A stretch of 64,000 bases of DNA from Octopus sinensis (GCF_006345805.1 NC_042997.1:29140001-29204000); one strand, 5' to 3'; shown: positions 11,629 to 25,544, counted from the stretch's first letter. Translations and numbers: made by a program. The notes: a model not told the origin generated them from the sequence alone.

Positions 11629-13052
11629 AATAGTGATACCAGTGGTTATCGGGGCTTTGGGTTCAAACCCATTGAAATTTCAAGACTTCTTAAAGCAATT
11701 GGAAATCCCGTGCAAGATTTTTGTCCCTCTTAAAGATCCTATGTCTGGCCTGAACCCGGACTACGAATGTAAACTACGAATGTAAACTACGAATGTAAAC
11801 TACGATATTGCGTTCGTAAATACAGCACCCAACCACAAGGCTATGATAATGATAAGGCTATCCGCTGTTTATCTCTATATGAGATCACAACATCACGAAT
11901 ATATGGTTCTGATACATGTGTCTGGTGTACACTTAAATGACGGATAGTGGACATTGTAAGTAGCATGATTCATGGAAAACATTTATGCAGCTTAGACTCT
12001 CTTAAAATATAGAACTGATATGCATACAGCCGTTCATATTCAATGTACTTCCGCATGTCATTAGTACTAACTACAACTAGTGATGATTTCTATGCCTGCT
12101 ATCTATACTTTCAATCTTTTGAGATGTTGCTTTAACTTGCTTGTAGCTTTTACTGATATCTGCATATTATGTGGTCGTCCTCCCTTGTTACGGACATTAA
12201 AACGTCTTTATTATTTTATAGACTCTTATTATCTCTTTCTTCACACTCACAGTAATTTTTAACTGTTATAATATAATTTTTGCTGCAACCGAACCTGTAT
12301 AATATGATGATATCGGTTAGTTGAATCGTTAGAGTTATAGTTGTCCTCTTTCCATCTGAATTATAAGAGGTTGTTTTACCATTTCTATTATTTTTGTCCG
12401 CTCAACTCGTAACTTCTTTTGAGCTAAATAACTGATATTTATAAATTTGTAAATATATGAATGTATATATTTAACTTATTATTGCCAATTCTGCTTTCGA
12501 CACATTCTCATAAAGACGCTATTTCTATAAACAAAGACGTGTGCGCCCAAGATTAATGGAAGTGAAATAGGTATTGGGTGTCGAGATATGAATTGATGAA
12601 TTGAATTTTCACGTGGAAATTCCTTAATCTGCGGTTTTATTTAAGTTATTCTCCCTGAATTATAATTAGCTAAATCTCCATTAACTAAATCAAATATTCT
12701 ATGTGTTCTGCTAATTATTTTTCAAAACGGGTTTTATGAAGTCTATTTAAATGAACGAATAACGATCACTAGAATTTACTAATCATTCCTTTCCTGAATG
12801 TAGTTATCTTTAAAACATTATAATACTATAGTTGCGTTTTGTTAAGCAGCGTCGGCACCACGACTTTAAACATAGTTTCATCGTATCAGATCTACTTGGG
12901 GCCTGCTATCTTTCGATATACAATCACATTCTGTCAACTACGAAACATTATGAACATGGTTGCTAAGTGTAATGACATCTTTAAAATAAACATTTTATGA
13001 TGTTTAACAGACTATTCCAACCCACTTTATATTTTCTAATATTGTTGTATCT

Positions 13053-13270
13053 GAAGGCGGTGAGCTAACAGTAACGTTAGCACGCCGGGCGAAATGCTTA
13101 GCAGAATTTCGTCTGTTTTTACGTTCTGAGTTCAAATTCTGCCGTGTCAACTTTGCCTTTCATCCATTCGGGTTCAATAATTAAAGTACCAGATTTGTAC
13201 TGGCGTCGATCTAATCCATTGACCTCCCTTCCCCAAAATTTCGGGCCTTGTGCCTAGAGGAGAAACGAAT
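13053..13270 (+). mobile_element. SINE family 1
   Basis: Homologous to 952-1177. Confidence 0.85.
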
Positions 13271-13343
13271 ACTGGTGAGTCTGATTAGAAATTTTATTTG
13301 CGGTTGATCTGTTGATTAATTGAACCTATCACTACTCGTTCGT

Positions 13344-13686
13344 TTACGGCTGTGTGGTAAGTAGCTTGCTTACAACTACATGGTTCCGGGTTCATTCCAA
13401 CTGCGTGTCACCTTGGGCAAGTGTCTTCTACTATAGCTTCGGGCCGACCAAAACCTTGTGAGTGGATTTGTTAGACAGAAACTGAAAGGAGCCTGTCGTA
13501 TATATGTGTATGTAAATATATATGTATGTTTGTGAATATATTTGTGTGCCTGTATTTGTCCCCCAACATCGCTTGACAACCAATGCTGGTGTGTTTGTGT
13601 ACCTGTAACATAGCGGTTCGGCAAAAGAGACCGATAGAATAAGTACTAGGCTTACAAACAATAAGTCCTGGGGTCGATTTGCTCGT
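13344..13686 (+). mobile_element. CORE-SINE family 2
   Basis: tRNA-like head ggctgtgtggtaag...ccgggttca, CORE ccttgggcaagtgtcttc and family tail. Confidence 0.85.
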
Positions 13687-14692
13687 TTCAAATAACTGAA
13701 ATGGATAAAATATAGTAAAAGGGAGTTGGTTAAACCCATGAGTTGACAGTTGCGTAATGCATATCTGCCTGTACTAAGCTTAGGTCACAATGAAGAGAAT
13801 TAAGCAAACACTTGTAATAATGTTGAATACTTTTAGATACTGTGGGAGTTGTGGATTAACTAATAACACTCAACATCTATCCATCGATTCATATTTAATT
13901 GTTTGTTCAGTAAACTACAGACACAAACACGCATATGTACGAACATACACTGACGCGCGCACACACACACACATGCATATATATTTAGAGAGCGAGAGAG
14001 TGAGAGAAAGATAGACATGGATTGAGGGATAGATGAATAAGAAGATAATTATATGTACAGATAGATGCATACATAGACAAGCTGAACAAAATGAAGTTAC
14101 ACTTATACAATCAGTTATACAATTTCTGTCTGTCAATGCATGACCGGTCATTGCTTGATTTCAAAGTGAATAGCTACAGCATTTTCAAATAAATAACCTG
14201 ATAAATTCATAGGTGAACTTTTCAATACTATTATTATTTTATATATCTATGAACTTATGTGTGCGTGTGTGTGTGTGAATTTGTGTGTTTGTGTGTGGGT
14301 GGAGGGGTTGTCTGCGTCTGTGTGTGTATGTATGTATGTATATACCTTTCGTTTTTACTGGGTTTTTTTCTTACTGTTCAGTTTTTGCTACCACTTTGAC
14401 CCTCCGCAAAACCCAATTGTTTTTTAAAATTTGCTTTGCAGAGCCGAACACCGGTCAGGTGGAGGAGGAGGAGAGCGGTAGTGGGAGAGAGGCAGAATAA
14501 TTAGGAAGGGACGAGAGAAAATATAAGGGACAGAGTGAAATGAAAAAGGAGGGAAGTGAGAAGGAAGAGAAAGCCAGGAAATGTGAGAGGCGGTGGGGGA
14601 ACGAAGGCCAGAAGAGTGGAAAAACAAAGTAAGTGTGAAGAGGCTCATAGATAGAAAGAAACAAGGAAAGAATAAGAGACTTACAGAAAATG

Positions 14693-14760
<68 letters not shown>

Positions 14761-14849
14761 GTGTGTGTGTGTGTGTGTGTGTGCGTATGTGTGTGTGTGT
14801 ACTTACATATAAGAGACCAAAATGTACGTACGCCGCAATATGTAATATC

Positions 14850-15747
14850 AAAAGGAATATAAGAAATGGAACAAGCACGCAAAACATCCTGACAAATAGA
14901 TGATACAAAAGAGGGACAAGAAAAAACACGGACGGTCATTCGAAGCTTTCTTTCCTCAGTTAAGTTCCAGATGAGCTTTGCCATTTCGGCTGGGTATACT
15001 TGTGATTGTTCCAGTCTGACCATCTCTAAGGGAATGCTAAGTTAAGAGGACTAGAGGCCCTGGAAGAAAGCAGCAAATGTTTACAAAAGCAAGGACGGTA
15101 AAAAATGGAGAATTGATACAAAAATACAAATGCAAATAGGAGGACGTAACAACAGGTGTCTTTCGACTAAAGACGAATTAAATTAAGCTGGCGTGTGTGG
15201 AAGTGAAGCCTTACAGCCGGGATATAAGAGATGATAGGTATGGTGAGGAATATAAATGCTGCATGGATGGTAGTCCCTCTGCCTCTACCTCTCTCTTCTC
15301 TCTCCGGTGTTTGACCAAGCCTGACCTTTCTTTTTTGGTTCGACTACCATGCGTGCAACATCTATATTCCTCACCATGCCTATCGCCTGTTATGTCCCGG
15401 CCGTGAGGCTTCACTTCTACACATAGCACCTTAATTTAATTCGTCCTTAGTTGAAATATATATGTTGTTATGTCCTGCTATTTGCATTTGTATTTGTGTA
15501 CCATTTCTCCGTTTTATTTCCATTCGCTGCTTTCTTCCAAAGAATCTAGTGCTCTTAGCTTAGTTTTTCCTTGGGGCTGGCCAGATTGAAAAAAATTCGA
15601 GTCTAACCATCCCGAATTTCAAAGATAATCTGGAACTTAACTGAGGAAAGACAACTTTGATTGACCTGTCCGTGTTCTTTCTTGTCCCTTTATTTTATCA
15701 CCTATGTGTTTGCATGTTTTGCGTTTTTGTCCCATTTTTTGTATTCC

Positions 15748-15750
<3 letters not shown>
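14850..15750. repeat. Fold-back element: ~420-bp diverged inverted arms (14850-15275 and 15343-15750)
   Basis: For example gtgaagcc..ccgggatataa..gataggtatggtgaggaatata against tatattcctcaccatgcctatcg..ttatgtcccgg..ggcttcac; ttcctcagttaagttccaga against tctggaacttaactgaggaa. Confidence 0.85.
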
Positions 15751-15812
<62 letters not shown>

Positions 15813-16033
15813 GCAACTAATGTAAGATAAACTTTTTTTCTAAATAAAATGTTATCAATGGCCAGCATATCAAAAAATACCTTTAAAGGTTAAATTTATA
15901 AATAACTTATAAATTAATGGCAAAAGAAAAATTCTAATGCCAAATATGCCGAAAAGAAAGACAAAATTGTCAATAACCATTATTATTTATGCGTCTCGAA
16001 GCAAACCGATAGAAATTTCTAAAAAATCCGTTA

Positions 16034-16094
16034 TTACCGTATTGGTCCCAATTTCGGGGTCAATTCATAAGAATTTTCCCCTCTTCAGCGATAA
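16034..16094 (-). ncRNA. Canonical type I hammerhead ribozyme
   Basis: Minus strand: TTATCG CTGAAGA GGGG aaaattcttatgaattga CCCC GAAA TTGG ga CCA ATA CGGTAA. Confidence 0.85.
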
Positions 16095-16660
16095 ATACGT
16101 AAGACATAAATGAAATACTTACTCATACCCATGGAGAAAGCAAGCCCTAAGTCCCGCGCAGACCTAAGTACACCAAAAATATCCAAAATAGAAAATCTTC
16201 GGCACATCTCGAGTCACGTGTGATTCGAACTAGAAACTTTCACAGGGTGAGAGAATCCGGAAGTGAACACTTTTAGAAATTTCTATCGGTTTGTTTCGAG
16301 ACGCATAAATTATAACGGTTATTGACCATTTTGTCTTTTTTTCGGCATATTTGGCATTAGAATTTTTCTTTTGCCCTTATTTTGTAAGTTATTTATAAAT
16401 TTAACCTTTAAAGGTATTTTTTGATATGCTGGCCATTGATAAAATTTTTTTTCCAAAAAATTTTATCCTACATTAGTTGTAAATTTAATAGTGTTCACTT
16501 CCGGATTCTCTCACTCTGTGGAAGTTTCTATTTCGAATCACACGTTTCTCGAGATGTGCCGAAGATTTTCGGATATATTTGGGGTACTTAGGTCTGCTCA
16601 GGACTTAGTGCTTGCTTTTTCCATGGGTATGAGTAAGTATTTCATTTATGTCTTACGTAT

Positions 16661-16720
16661 TTATCGCTGAAGAGGGGAAGTGCTTATGAATTAACCCCGA
16701 AATTGGGACCAATACGGTAA
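16661..16720 (+). ncRNA. Canonical type I hammerhead ribozyme
   Basis: TTATCG CTGAAGA GGGG aagtgcttatgaattaa CCCC GAAA TTGG ga CCA ATA CGGTAA: stem I 6 bp, stem II 4 G-C pairs, intramolecular stem III, AUA cleavage after 16714. Confidence 0.85.
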
Positions 16721-16847
16721 TAACGGATTTTTTAGAAATTGCTATCGGTTTGATTCGAGACGCATAAATTATAATGGTTATTGACTATTTTGTCTTTTTT
16801 TCGGCATATTTGGCATTAGAATTTTTCTTTTGCCCTTATTTTGTAAG

Positions 16848-16939
<92 letters not shown>

Positions 16940-18569
16940 TGCATGCATTTTTGAATAGGTACACATAGCACGGAAAAAATAAATAAATAGTTACCAGGCT
17001 AATATTACAGCCTACTTGTAAAGTTAGAAATTCCAGAATTTAGTCAAATGTTTTTGCATGGGCGATATATAAGAAAATGGAGTTAACCCGGTGTTCTTCA
17101 AAGCTTTATACATCCAACATACGTTTCGAAGAAAACATTGGTATTATTCCAGAGGGAATGAAATTATGTAAAACAATGCGATCTTCGCATCAAGACAAAA
17201 AAGAGAAACAAATGACATCAATAAGCTAAGTAACCGAATATTATTAAACACGTAAGAGGTATGCATCATTGTATTCCTTGCACGCTAGAAAGGAAAGTTA
17301 AATTCCAAACCTCTATTAGGGAAAAAGTTTCGAAGGGAATGAAAAATAAAAAAACAGTTACCATCTAACTACTGGACCAATGTTTACATACATTTTTAGC
17401 AAATAAAATAATTTGGTAGGCGAAGTCTTCTTCAGCAGGCACACTTTACACTAAACATATACATGCACGAGGCGATCCAGTATATTCCCCGTCTTTATAC
17501 GTTCTAATTTTTCAAATCTACCGCACAGGCGCAACTCCCTCTTGGCAGTAAATAAATTGCCGGGTTTTCGATTCGAAAATTATCAAGAAAACTTATCAAT
17601 AATTAATAATATCAACGGGTAATCAGAAATATTTGAGATTTCCATTACCAGTAGCCTAAGGTAATAGACATTAGGCCATTGGTAATGGAAATTTCAAATA
17701 TTTCTGACTACCTTTTGATATTATTAATATTTTATTTTATATACATATATATATATGTGTGTGTATGTTTGTGTGTGTACGTATGTATGCATGTATGTAT
17801 GTGTGTATGTGTGTATGTACATATACACGCACTCATACACATGTACATACATGTAACCGCTTTCTTAATCAGGAATTAATATACATGGTTTATGTGCGTT
17901 CGTAAGTATTACCTTTCTCTCGGATTAGTAAACTTATATTTAGACGTCGGAGAATTATTGCTACTATAATTCGGGCTTTGTAATTTTCTTTTCAAATACT
18001 TACACAGGAATCTATTGCTCCTACGTTTCAGATTCGAGGACCTGTATCTAATAGCAGGGTAAATACTACATTATTAAATACCGGATCTATATTCAATATA
18101 ACTGACAGATGCTAACGTAATTGCCTAAACATAGAAATTTTGAATAGTATTATACCCTGCTTTAAAATATTACTGATCACCTTTCTATTTTATGTATGTG
18201 ACTGCAAATACTATGACAAGAAAATGTGCAATATTTCATTATTTTCTCTTCAAAACTGACTGATTTCATAATATAAATTTAACTACACTTTTAATATTGT
18301 TAACGCAAGAAAATTTTGCTACCGACAAATCAAGCAAGCAGAAAATACTTCATGGATTTAAAAAGTATTTTACTTTACATTTAGTGCGATTTGCATTATA
18401 TTCTACTTTTGATAATGACAGTTTACAAATACCTGTAAGAAACTGCACCCACGTCCGCGCACACATACACAAGCACATACACACACACATACACAGTGTA
18501 AGATTAGTGTACCTTACTTTTAACACTCAACGAATTTACACTTCTGTACATTACATAGATATACTATTC

Positions 18570-19138
18570 ATGTAAGTGCTTCTTCATATACTATGATTTC
18601 TATCATGCCATGTTTATCACTGTGAATGTAGATGTTCTTTTTCTTTCTAACTCTTGAACATGCCACACAGCTGACCAAGTGAGAAACATGGGTGAAGAAG
18701 TTTAAGTGCCCCCACTTTTAGTGATTGACCTTGTGCTTTGTTGATAGACATTGCGAGGTTTAGCTTGACAGGAATCTCCAGTCTCGTCAACTGAAAGAGA
18801 TAATTTGAGATGAGAGAGATCCTTGGAATGAAAACCTCCTCACACATCATGTTGCCTGTAATAATTGTTGCTTCCAGCACATGGGGCATGTCTGTTTCTA
18901 CAACCAACCTTGTCCCCTTACAGACTTTGGGTGCACACAGGTCTCTTAACAGCATTCTGAGAGCACCTGTTTTCATGATCAGAATGTGTGGCGGAAATCC
19001 TGGTGGCTGAAGTGAATTGATGAACTCCACTGGGTAATGCGTTACCTGTTCTTGATCAAGGACAGAGTCAATTGATCTGTATGAACATTCAGTAGTAAGT
19101 ATTATTTTCTGAAATGTCACGGTGACAAGGTTGGTCAC
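18570..19138 (-). pseudogene. Helitron PIF1-like helicase C-terminal remnant
   Basis: YPVEFINSLQPPGFPPH, CKGTRLVV, EATIITG, VFIPRI, AMSINKAQGQSL, PCFSLGQL and terminal IVYEEAL. Confidence 0.9.
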
Positions 19139-19910
19139 AGCGACACGAAATTAGTTCCCCTCGAAAATGGTAGTAATTAAGTAGTGATATCCTGTATTGT
19201 ATAATTGTGAATGAATTATTTCATAATGATTTCTACTAAAATCTCAAGGCCTGCAATTTTGAAGGAGAATACTAGTTGATTACATTGACTCCACTCTTGA
19301 ACTAGTACATATTTCAACGACTCCGAAATGATGATGGGTGCAGCTCTCAGCATCATTTTAATTCAGTAATGATGGACGAAACTATTCTAAGTATATTTCC
19401 CGGCATGTTAAGGATTCTGCGAGGTATAGTAGTAAAAATTAAGTAAACACAGTTACGTTCCTTCAAGGTAGGCTCGTTTAGGTGTATTGATGAATATCAA
19501 TTGATAAAATTCACGTTATCTTTCTTCATGTTTGGAGATAATTGTTTCCGTTGACCTTTACGGGTACGTGGGTGGCTATAAGAAGTACACACGCCTTCGT
19601 TCCTTTCAAAACTGCTAACACAGTAAAATTGCTTCAGGCAGCGTTAGAGAAGACATTTATATTTTGTTGCTTAATATTTTATATTTAATCTTATAGAAGC
19701 TGACTTTTATGTCTATAACAATTTTAGCTCCACCCGTTAAATGGAAATTCATGTTTTCTTCAACATCAACAAATGTCATTTATCGATATCATGATTTGTT
19801 TTATATTTGTCTTACTAATAGATTTCAAGGGGAATTTTCAGTTTTGTAAATATTATTCATCATTTTATGGGTTACACTCGCCACATGTGGACGGATAAAA
19901 TTGTTGGTAC

Positions 19911-22010
19911 CACTGTGCAACAAATTTCATGTTCGAAAAAAGTATAAGTTACGTAAGTTATGTTTCTGGGTCAAAAAACTGCCCTGATTCTGATTCTGAC
20001 TATGTTTTCCTGTACCACGAACCCTATATGTTATAATATACTGCATAATATCGCCTATTGAACACATAATTGCAAATACTGAAAGTTACAAAAAACAAAG
20101 CAAAAATTTAGCCCGTAAAACAAAACATATATTGGTTATGAATTAAAAACACACCTGTCAGTTTAAACAACTTTTGTCATCCTAAGCCTCTTGTGCAGAG
20201 TGAGATCTTTTTATATACCCCAGCAGTAGTCTGCCAACATGCCGGAGTTCCATTTTCCTTTGAATCGTCGCTCTATCACTAAAATATCCTGATGGAATAT
20301 TTTGCCATGTTCACCTCTCACATCACCAAGATCTTCAACAAAAAAAATCCAAAAGAGAATGAAGCACATGAACTTTTAGAAACATGTTACATCCCATATC
20401 ATGATAATGACTCTGCAGATCATTGGCATCTTGCACATAGTCTTCTGAACAATGGTTGCCAGGAAGTTATCTTAAACTTTCTTGAATAACTCAAAGGCAA
20501 GCTTTTCTTTTCTCTAGAGATGTGTAATGTAGGTTTCATCAGGTACAATTTTTCGAATTTGGGGACCTATGAAGAAACCTTCTTTAAATTTAGCTTGACT
20601 GAAGGAAGAGAACTTTTCTGCAAGATATGCAAGTGCGCAGGATTCCTTGTCGAAGAGTTTCATAAAGTTTAATAGGCAAAGATAGTAAAACAATTCTATC
20701 ACTTTTCACAAATGGTTTGTGCATGATGTTCTGCTTTCCCTGCTCAATTTCATCTCGGATTGGCCAGTCCTTGCGTACATAATGTTCAGCTCTTGCTCTG
20801 GAATTCCATAAGCACAAGAAGCAGCAACATTTAGTATAGTCAAACTTAAAATCTGCACAAATATGCCAGGTATGGTCATCATACAGCATGCTTGTTTTAA
20901 TTGCTTTCAGATTTTCATATGATTCTTTCATGGTTGTTCTATAAGCGATGGGGACAGAAGGCAGAGAGCTACGATTGTGTAATAGAACAGCTTTGATGCT
21001 GTCCTTGGATGCATCTATGAAAAGTCACCAGTTGGTTTTATCATATGGTATTTCCAGTTGCTCAAAAAGTTCAGTGATGTCAGTACAAAGGCATAAGTCA
21101 TCCTTCGTGGTGAATAATGCCAGCAGATCCTCTGTACGCTTTCTGTACAGTGTTTAAGGTTATTTTTTTATCTTTCAGATCATATTTGTTTTCAACAATG
21201 AATGCAAGACTGTGCAAAACTGATTCAAACAGATTCTGTTATATCTGTGGGGAATTGACTTTTGCAAAAGCGAAGCGCAATATTACACGTCATATCGAGA
21301 AAATATACAAGGCGTACTTCGATTGTTACTTAGGAGACCAGGATAAGTCATGGGCTCCTCATGTGTGTTGCCTTATATATGTGAAGACATTGAGTGCTTG
21401 GTATGCTGGAAAAATGTTCACATGAAGTTTCGTGTGCCAATGATTTGGCGTGAGCAGGAAGATCACTTTAATGGTTGCTATTTCTGTCACCATGACTTTA
21501 CAGGCTGTACTACAGCAAAGAAAAAGTTACACATTATTTACCAAAATTTGCAATCAGCAATACACCCAGTAGAGCACACAGAAAATTTACCTGTGCCCAA
21601 ACCACCAGATCAAGAAATGCAGAGTTCTAATTGTGCTGATGAACATTCCTGTGGTGAATGTTTGGAGCCCAATGATCCAGAAAGCGAGAATAAACCAATA
21701 CCATTTACTCAAGGGGCTTTGAATGACTTTTGCAGGGATCTCTATTTAACCAAAGAGAAAAGTGAGTTTCTGGTATCAAGGCTTCAAGAACGTGATCGTC
21801 GTGAGAAAGGATGAAGATAGCACTATACAGAAAACGTACAGAGGAGATACGTGCATTATTCACCATGAAGGATGACTTATGCTTTTGTAATGACATCACT
21901 GAACTTTTTGAGCAACTGGAAATACCATATGATAAAACCAACTGGTGACTTTTCATAGATGCATCCAAGGACAGCATCAAAGCTGTTCTATTACACAATC
22001 GTAGCACTCT
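19911..22010 (-). mobile_element. Chapaev3-like (CMC superfamily) DNA transposon relic with an internal inversion
   Basis: Terminus CACTGTGCAACAA at 19911; minus-strand C-terminal motifs CFLCLWNSRA, KFKEGFFIGPQIR, GKIFHQDI; plus-strand N-terminal zinc-finger FCYICG..LGDQDKSWAPH..WRE..HFNGCYFC. Superfamily assignment rests on recalled motif resemblance. Confidence 0.75.
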
Positions 22011-22610
22011 GTATTATCCTCTAAAATTACACCAAAATCTCAGGCAATAACAAATACTACCGTACTTATTGTCTGTGAAAATTATAGAATATAAAACAAC
22101 TTTGATAAAAAATTATATCTACTTTTCTGACGACAAAAATGCCGTTCTGAACAATTTGGCCGCCACCGTATATATAGAACTATTAAAAACATTTGCAACC
22201 AATCTATATTGAAAATTCATAAATATAATGTATACATACGATTACTTAAAATATAACACTTTTAACACCTGCTCCAGAAATATAAATATCTAGATGTTGA
22301 TAGTAACGTTTGGAAATCGATGCACGCTATGTTAATGTGTCTAATTTGATAAAATATTCCTGTGTTTCCAATAAAATAAGATTGACGTTATTTTAAGACA
22401 TTTTTAGGATAAAAATGAAAAAAAAAATGTATTTCTTTTCTTTGAACAAATTTGGTTATCTTTTTTCCTGAAACTCTATTATTATGAAGATCCTACAGAG
22501 AATACCTTCTCTTCTAATGTTATGCTTGTAGGAAATAGGTATGATGAATGTACGTATGCCATATCGGAAAATGTAGATGGAAAATATGCGTAATTATGAG
22601 TGCTATTCCA

Positions 22611-22698
<88 letters not shown>

Positions 22699-22765
22699 TA
22701 ATATATATACATATGTATGTATATAGATAGATAGATAGATATAGATATAGATATATATAAATATA

Positions 22766-22811
<46 letters not shown>

Positions 22812-22827
22812 TGTGTGTGTGTGTATG

Positions 22828-22863
<36 letters not shown>

Positions 22864-23366
22864 ATATATATGCACTTATGATTTTGAAATGCATATTTCT
22901 GTCGCCATTTATTAACGTGTACATGCGATCAAACTGTACAATTGCGACAACATACTCTATAATGAAGCTGAATGAACTTTGAAGTGTCAGAAATTTTCAA
23001 GATAATTATCCGTATCAGAAGTCGTGTGACTAATATGCCTTTAATATTAAGAATTTCGAAACAGAAATAAGAAGAAAAAAGATGAATGCATTCCTTCTCC
23101 TGCATGTAATGTTGCTACCGAAGAGAATGCGTGGATGTGGGTTGACGTATAGATAAATTATATACATATACACGCGTATGTGTGCATCTATTTTATTGAT
23201 CATGTATCTATTAATTTCTCTGTCTCTTTCTCTTTATATTCTCTCTCTTTGTCTCTCTCTCTCTCTATATATATATATAATATATATATATATATACTTA
23301 GATATACGCATGTAAATACTAAGTGTGTGTATATACATACATATATATATAATATATATATATATA

Positions 23367-23420
<54 letters not shown>

Positions 23421-23459
23421 ATAAGCACGCAAATACTAATATGTGTGTATACATACTTA

Positions 23460-23496
23460 CATATAGATAGTTAAATAGATAGATAGATAGATAGAT

Positions 23497-23593
<97 letters not shown>

Positions 23594-23595
23594 CA
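23460..23595. repeat. (ATAG)n microsatellite
   Basis: Long near-perfect tetranucleotide run. Confidence 0.95.
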
Positions 23596-24034
23596 CTGAT
23601 ATGCAGATACAGGCGTGTGTGTCACGTTTACGTAATCAGTATTTTCATTATTATAATAATTTAATGCAGGAGAACCTTCAAAGCAATGCTGTTAGTATAG
23701 TGAGTAGTAGGTTCTCTAATTATTTCTTAACATACTATTTCGGAATACGATTGTCATTCGTACTGATGAAATACTTTCTTGAACAAAAAATATAACGAAG
23801 ATATTTAATTTGTGATATCGGGAAATCAAGTAGCAAGAAAGATATTACGCTGGCAGTTTCACTTTATATTTACATCGGTAATTTCTCTTCTCATACAAAT
23901 TACTATATCATTGATTGTGTTTCATCTTTGAAGTAAGTGTCGTATTTTTGTCGCTTGCGGATTTTTTTTTGCGTTCTCTAACCATGGACATCACCTTACC
24001 ATATCGGTATTGTTATAATTTGTATTGGCCAGAC

Positions 24035-24780
24035 CAAATTTAGTATAACATGAAAGCTCCAATCTATAGAACTAACAATTCGTCATCGTTTTGCATTTCT
24101 TCTGAGCCTCCTTTTGTTTAATAATATCTCTTTGCTCTACAGAATACATGGAACGAACTTCAGAAAGTTCTTCTTTCGAATATTATCTAAGTAAATATAT
24201 AACCCACATCATGAAATTTTTTATTAGCATTATTTCACTATTATATTACTCCAATAAATTTTGTTACATACTTCTCGATTTTCTATCTACTTATATAAAT
24301 AAATCTAATATAACCACACTTCCTATCCCAGGAACTTTTCATTTAGTAACCTGTTTCTTTTTCAATTTTTTACCACTTTCTATTCCAAATATTTTTTCAT
24401 TGTACACCGCTCATAAATGTCGATCCACATGTAAATTTAAATATAACTATGACAAAACTTAGTATAACATGAAAGCTCCAATCTATAGAACTAACAATTC
24501 GTCTTCGTTTTGCATTTCTTCTGAGCCTCCTTTTGTTTAAAAATATCCCTTTGCTCTACAGAATACATGGACCGAACTTCAGAAAGTTCTTCTTTCGAAT
24601 ATTATCTAAGTAAATATATAACCCACATCGTGAAATTTGCCATCTCAATATCAAAAGGTTTGCATAGCCTCTGTTTGCTATTGAACATTTTTTTAAAACT
24701 GAGCGAAAATATTCTACATAAGCTGAACATCTCCATATACACAGCCTATTGTTGCATAAAGTATCATAAATCATACGCAT
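24035..24780 (-). repeat. Partially tandem-duplicated segment, probably a decayed LINE fragment
   Basis: ~185-bp direct repeats at 24035-24219 and 24453-24638 (period 419); the spacer recurs at 27584-27815; the minus strand has protein-like frames with many stops. Confidence 0.6.
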
Positions 24781-25399
24781 AGTATCAAACCAATCTTACA
24801 CTAAGATGAAATCATATAAAAATTGTTTAATTCGTTTATATCACGATCTCTACACATGATTAAGCAATTAGTTATGATTTTTCGTTTCCATTCTTAAATT
24901 AATACAAATAATGCAGACAATATAAATTACATTGTCACGGGGTTTAAGATATTGATTGCATTTAGATTCGTTACCCACTTAAATAATTCATTTTGTCGCA
25001 TTACCTTAATTGCTTAATAAAACATAACATTAATTGATTCAAATCTGTGTCTAATAAATAAGTTAAGCTGGAAAAACTTAATTCAGAATATATTAAAGGA
25101 TAAACAAAAAATAATAATTCATAGTAGGAAGTAACATTATTGTTTACAGAATAACATTATTTTTGTTAAATTAAGTAAACACAGGTTACAGACATTTTTT
25201 CAGCTGCGTTGATCAAGACATCTTCAAGTAAAAAAAATCTTTACAACGTTTGGGTGATGGAAGATAGAATGCTGACATGATCGACTTTCAAATTAGATAT
25301 TAATTAGGGAAAAATTGTGTGCGTGCATGTTTGTGTGTGTATGTGTGTGTATATATATGTATATCTATCTATCTATATATATATATTATATATATACTT

Positions 25400-25530
25400 T
25401 ATTTAAAAGCAGCAGAAAATTCAACAAAACCTGTTACTTCGAGTTTCACGTTCCCGTTCGTATTTGAGTTGGTATTTGAGTACTCTTTTTTTCACCTTGT
25501 TTCACATTTATGTGTTTACTCCGGTATTAT
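25400..25530. repeat. Rearranged copy of the HHR-bearing repeat at 56686-56845
   Basis: Shares aagcagcagaaaattcaacaaaa.ctgttact and ggtatttgagtactctttttt..ccgg with it, in altered relative orientation; HHR truncated at the CUGA core. Confidence 0.75.
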
Positions 25531-25544
25531 ATATATATATACAT

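Larger units (their letters stand above)
15812..16848. repeat. ~460-bp hammerhead-bearing unit: one copy, then about 1.3 inverted tandem copies, inserted in (TA)n
   Basis: 15812-16271 is matched in reverse by 16272-16480 (part A), 16490-16730 (part B) and 16731-16848 (part A again); tttagaaatt.ctatcgg recurs at ~16272 and ~16731. Confidence 0.9.

Noticed and set aside
11760-11805. Short direct repeats as a possible CRISPR array
   Set aside because: Contiguous 13-bp units without spacers, eukaryotic context, no cas genes
14925-14975. CTGAGGA-AAG..CTT motif in the fold-back arms (also ~15660) as a hammerhead
   Set aside because: GAAA is not intact in either arm and no stem I pairing was found
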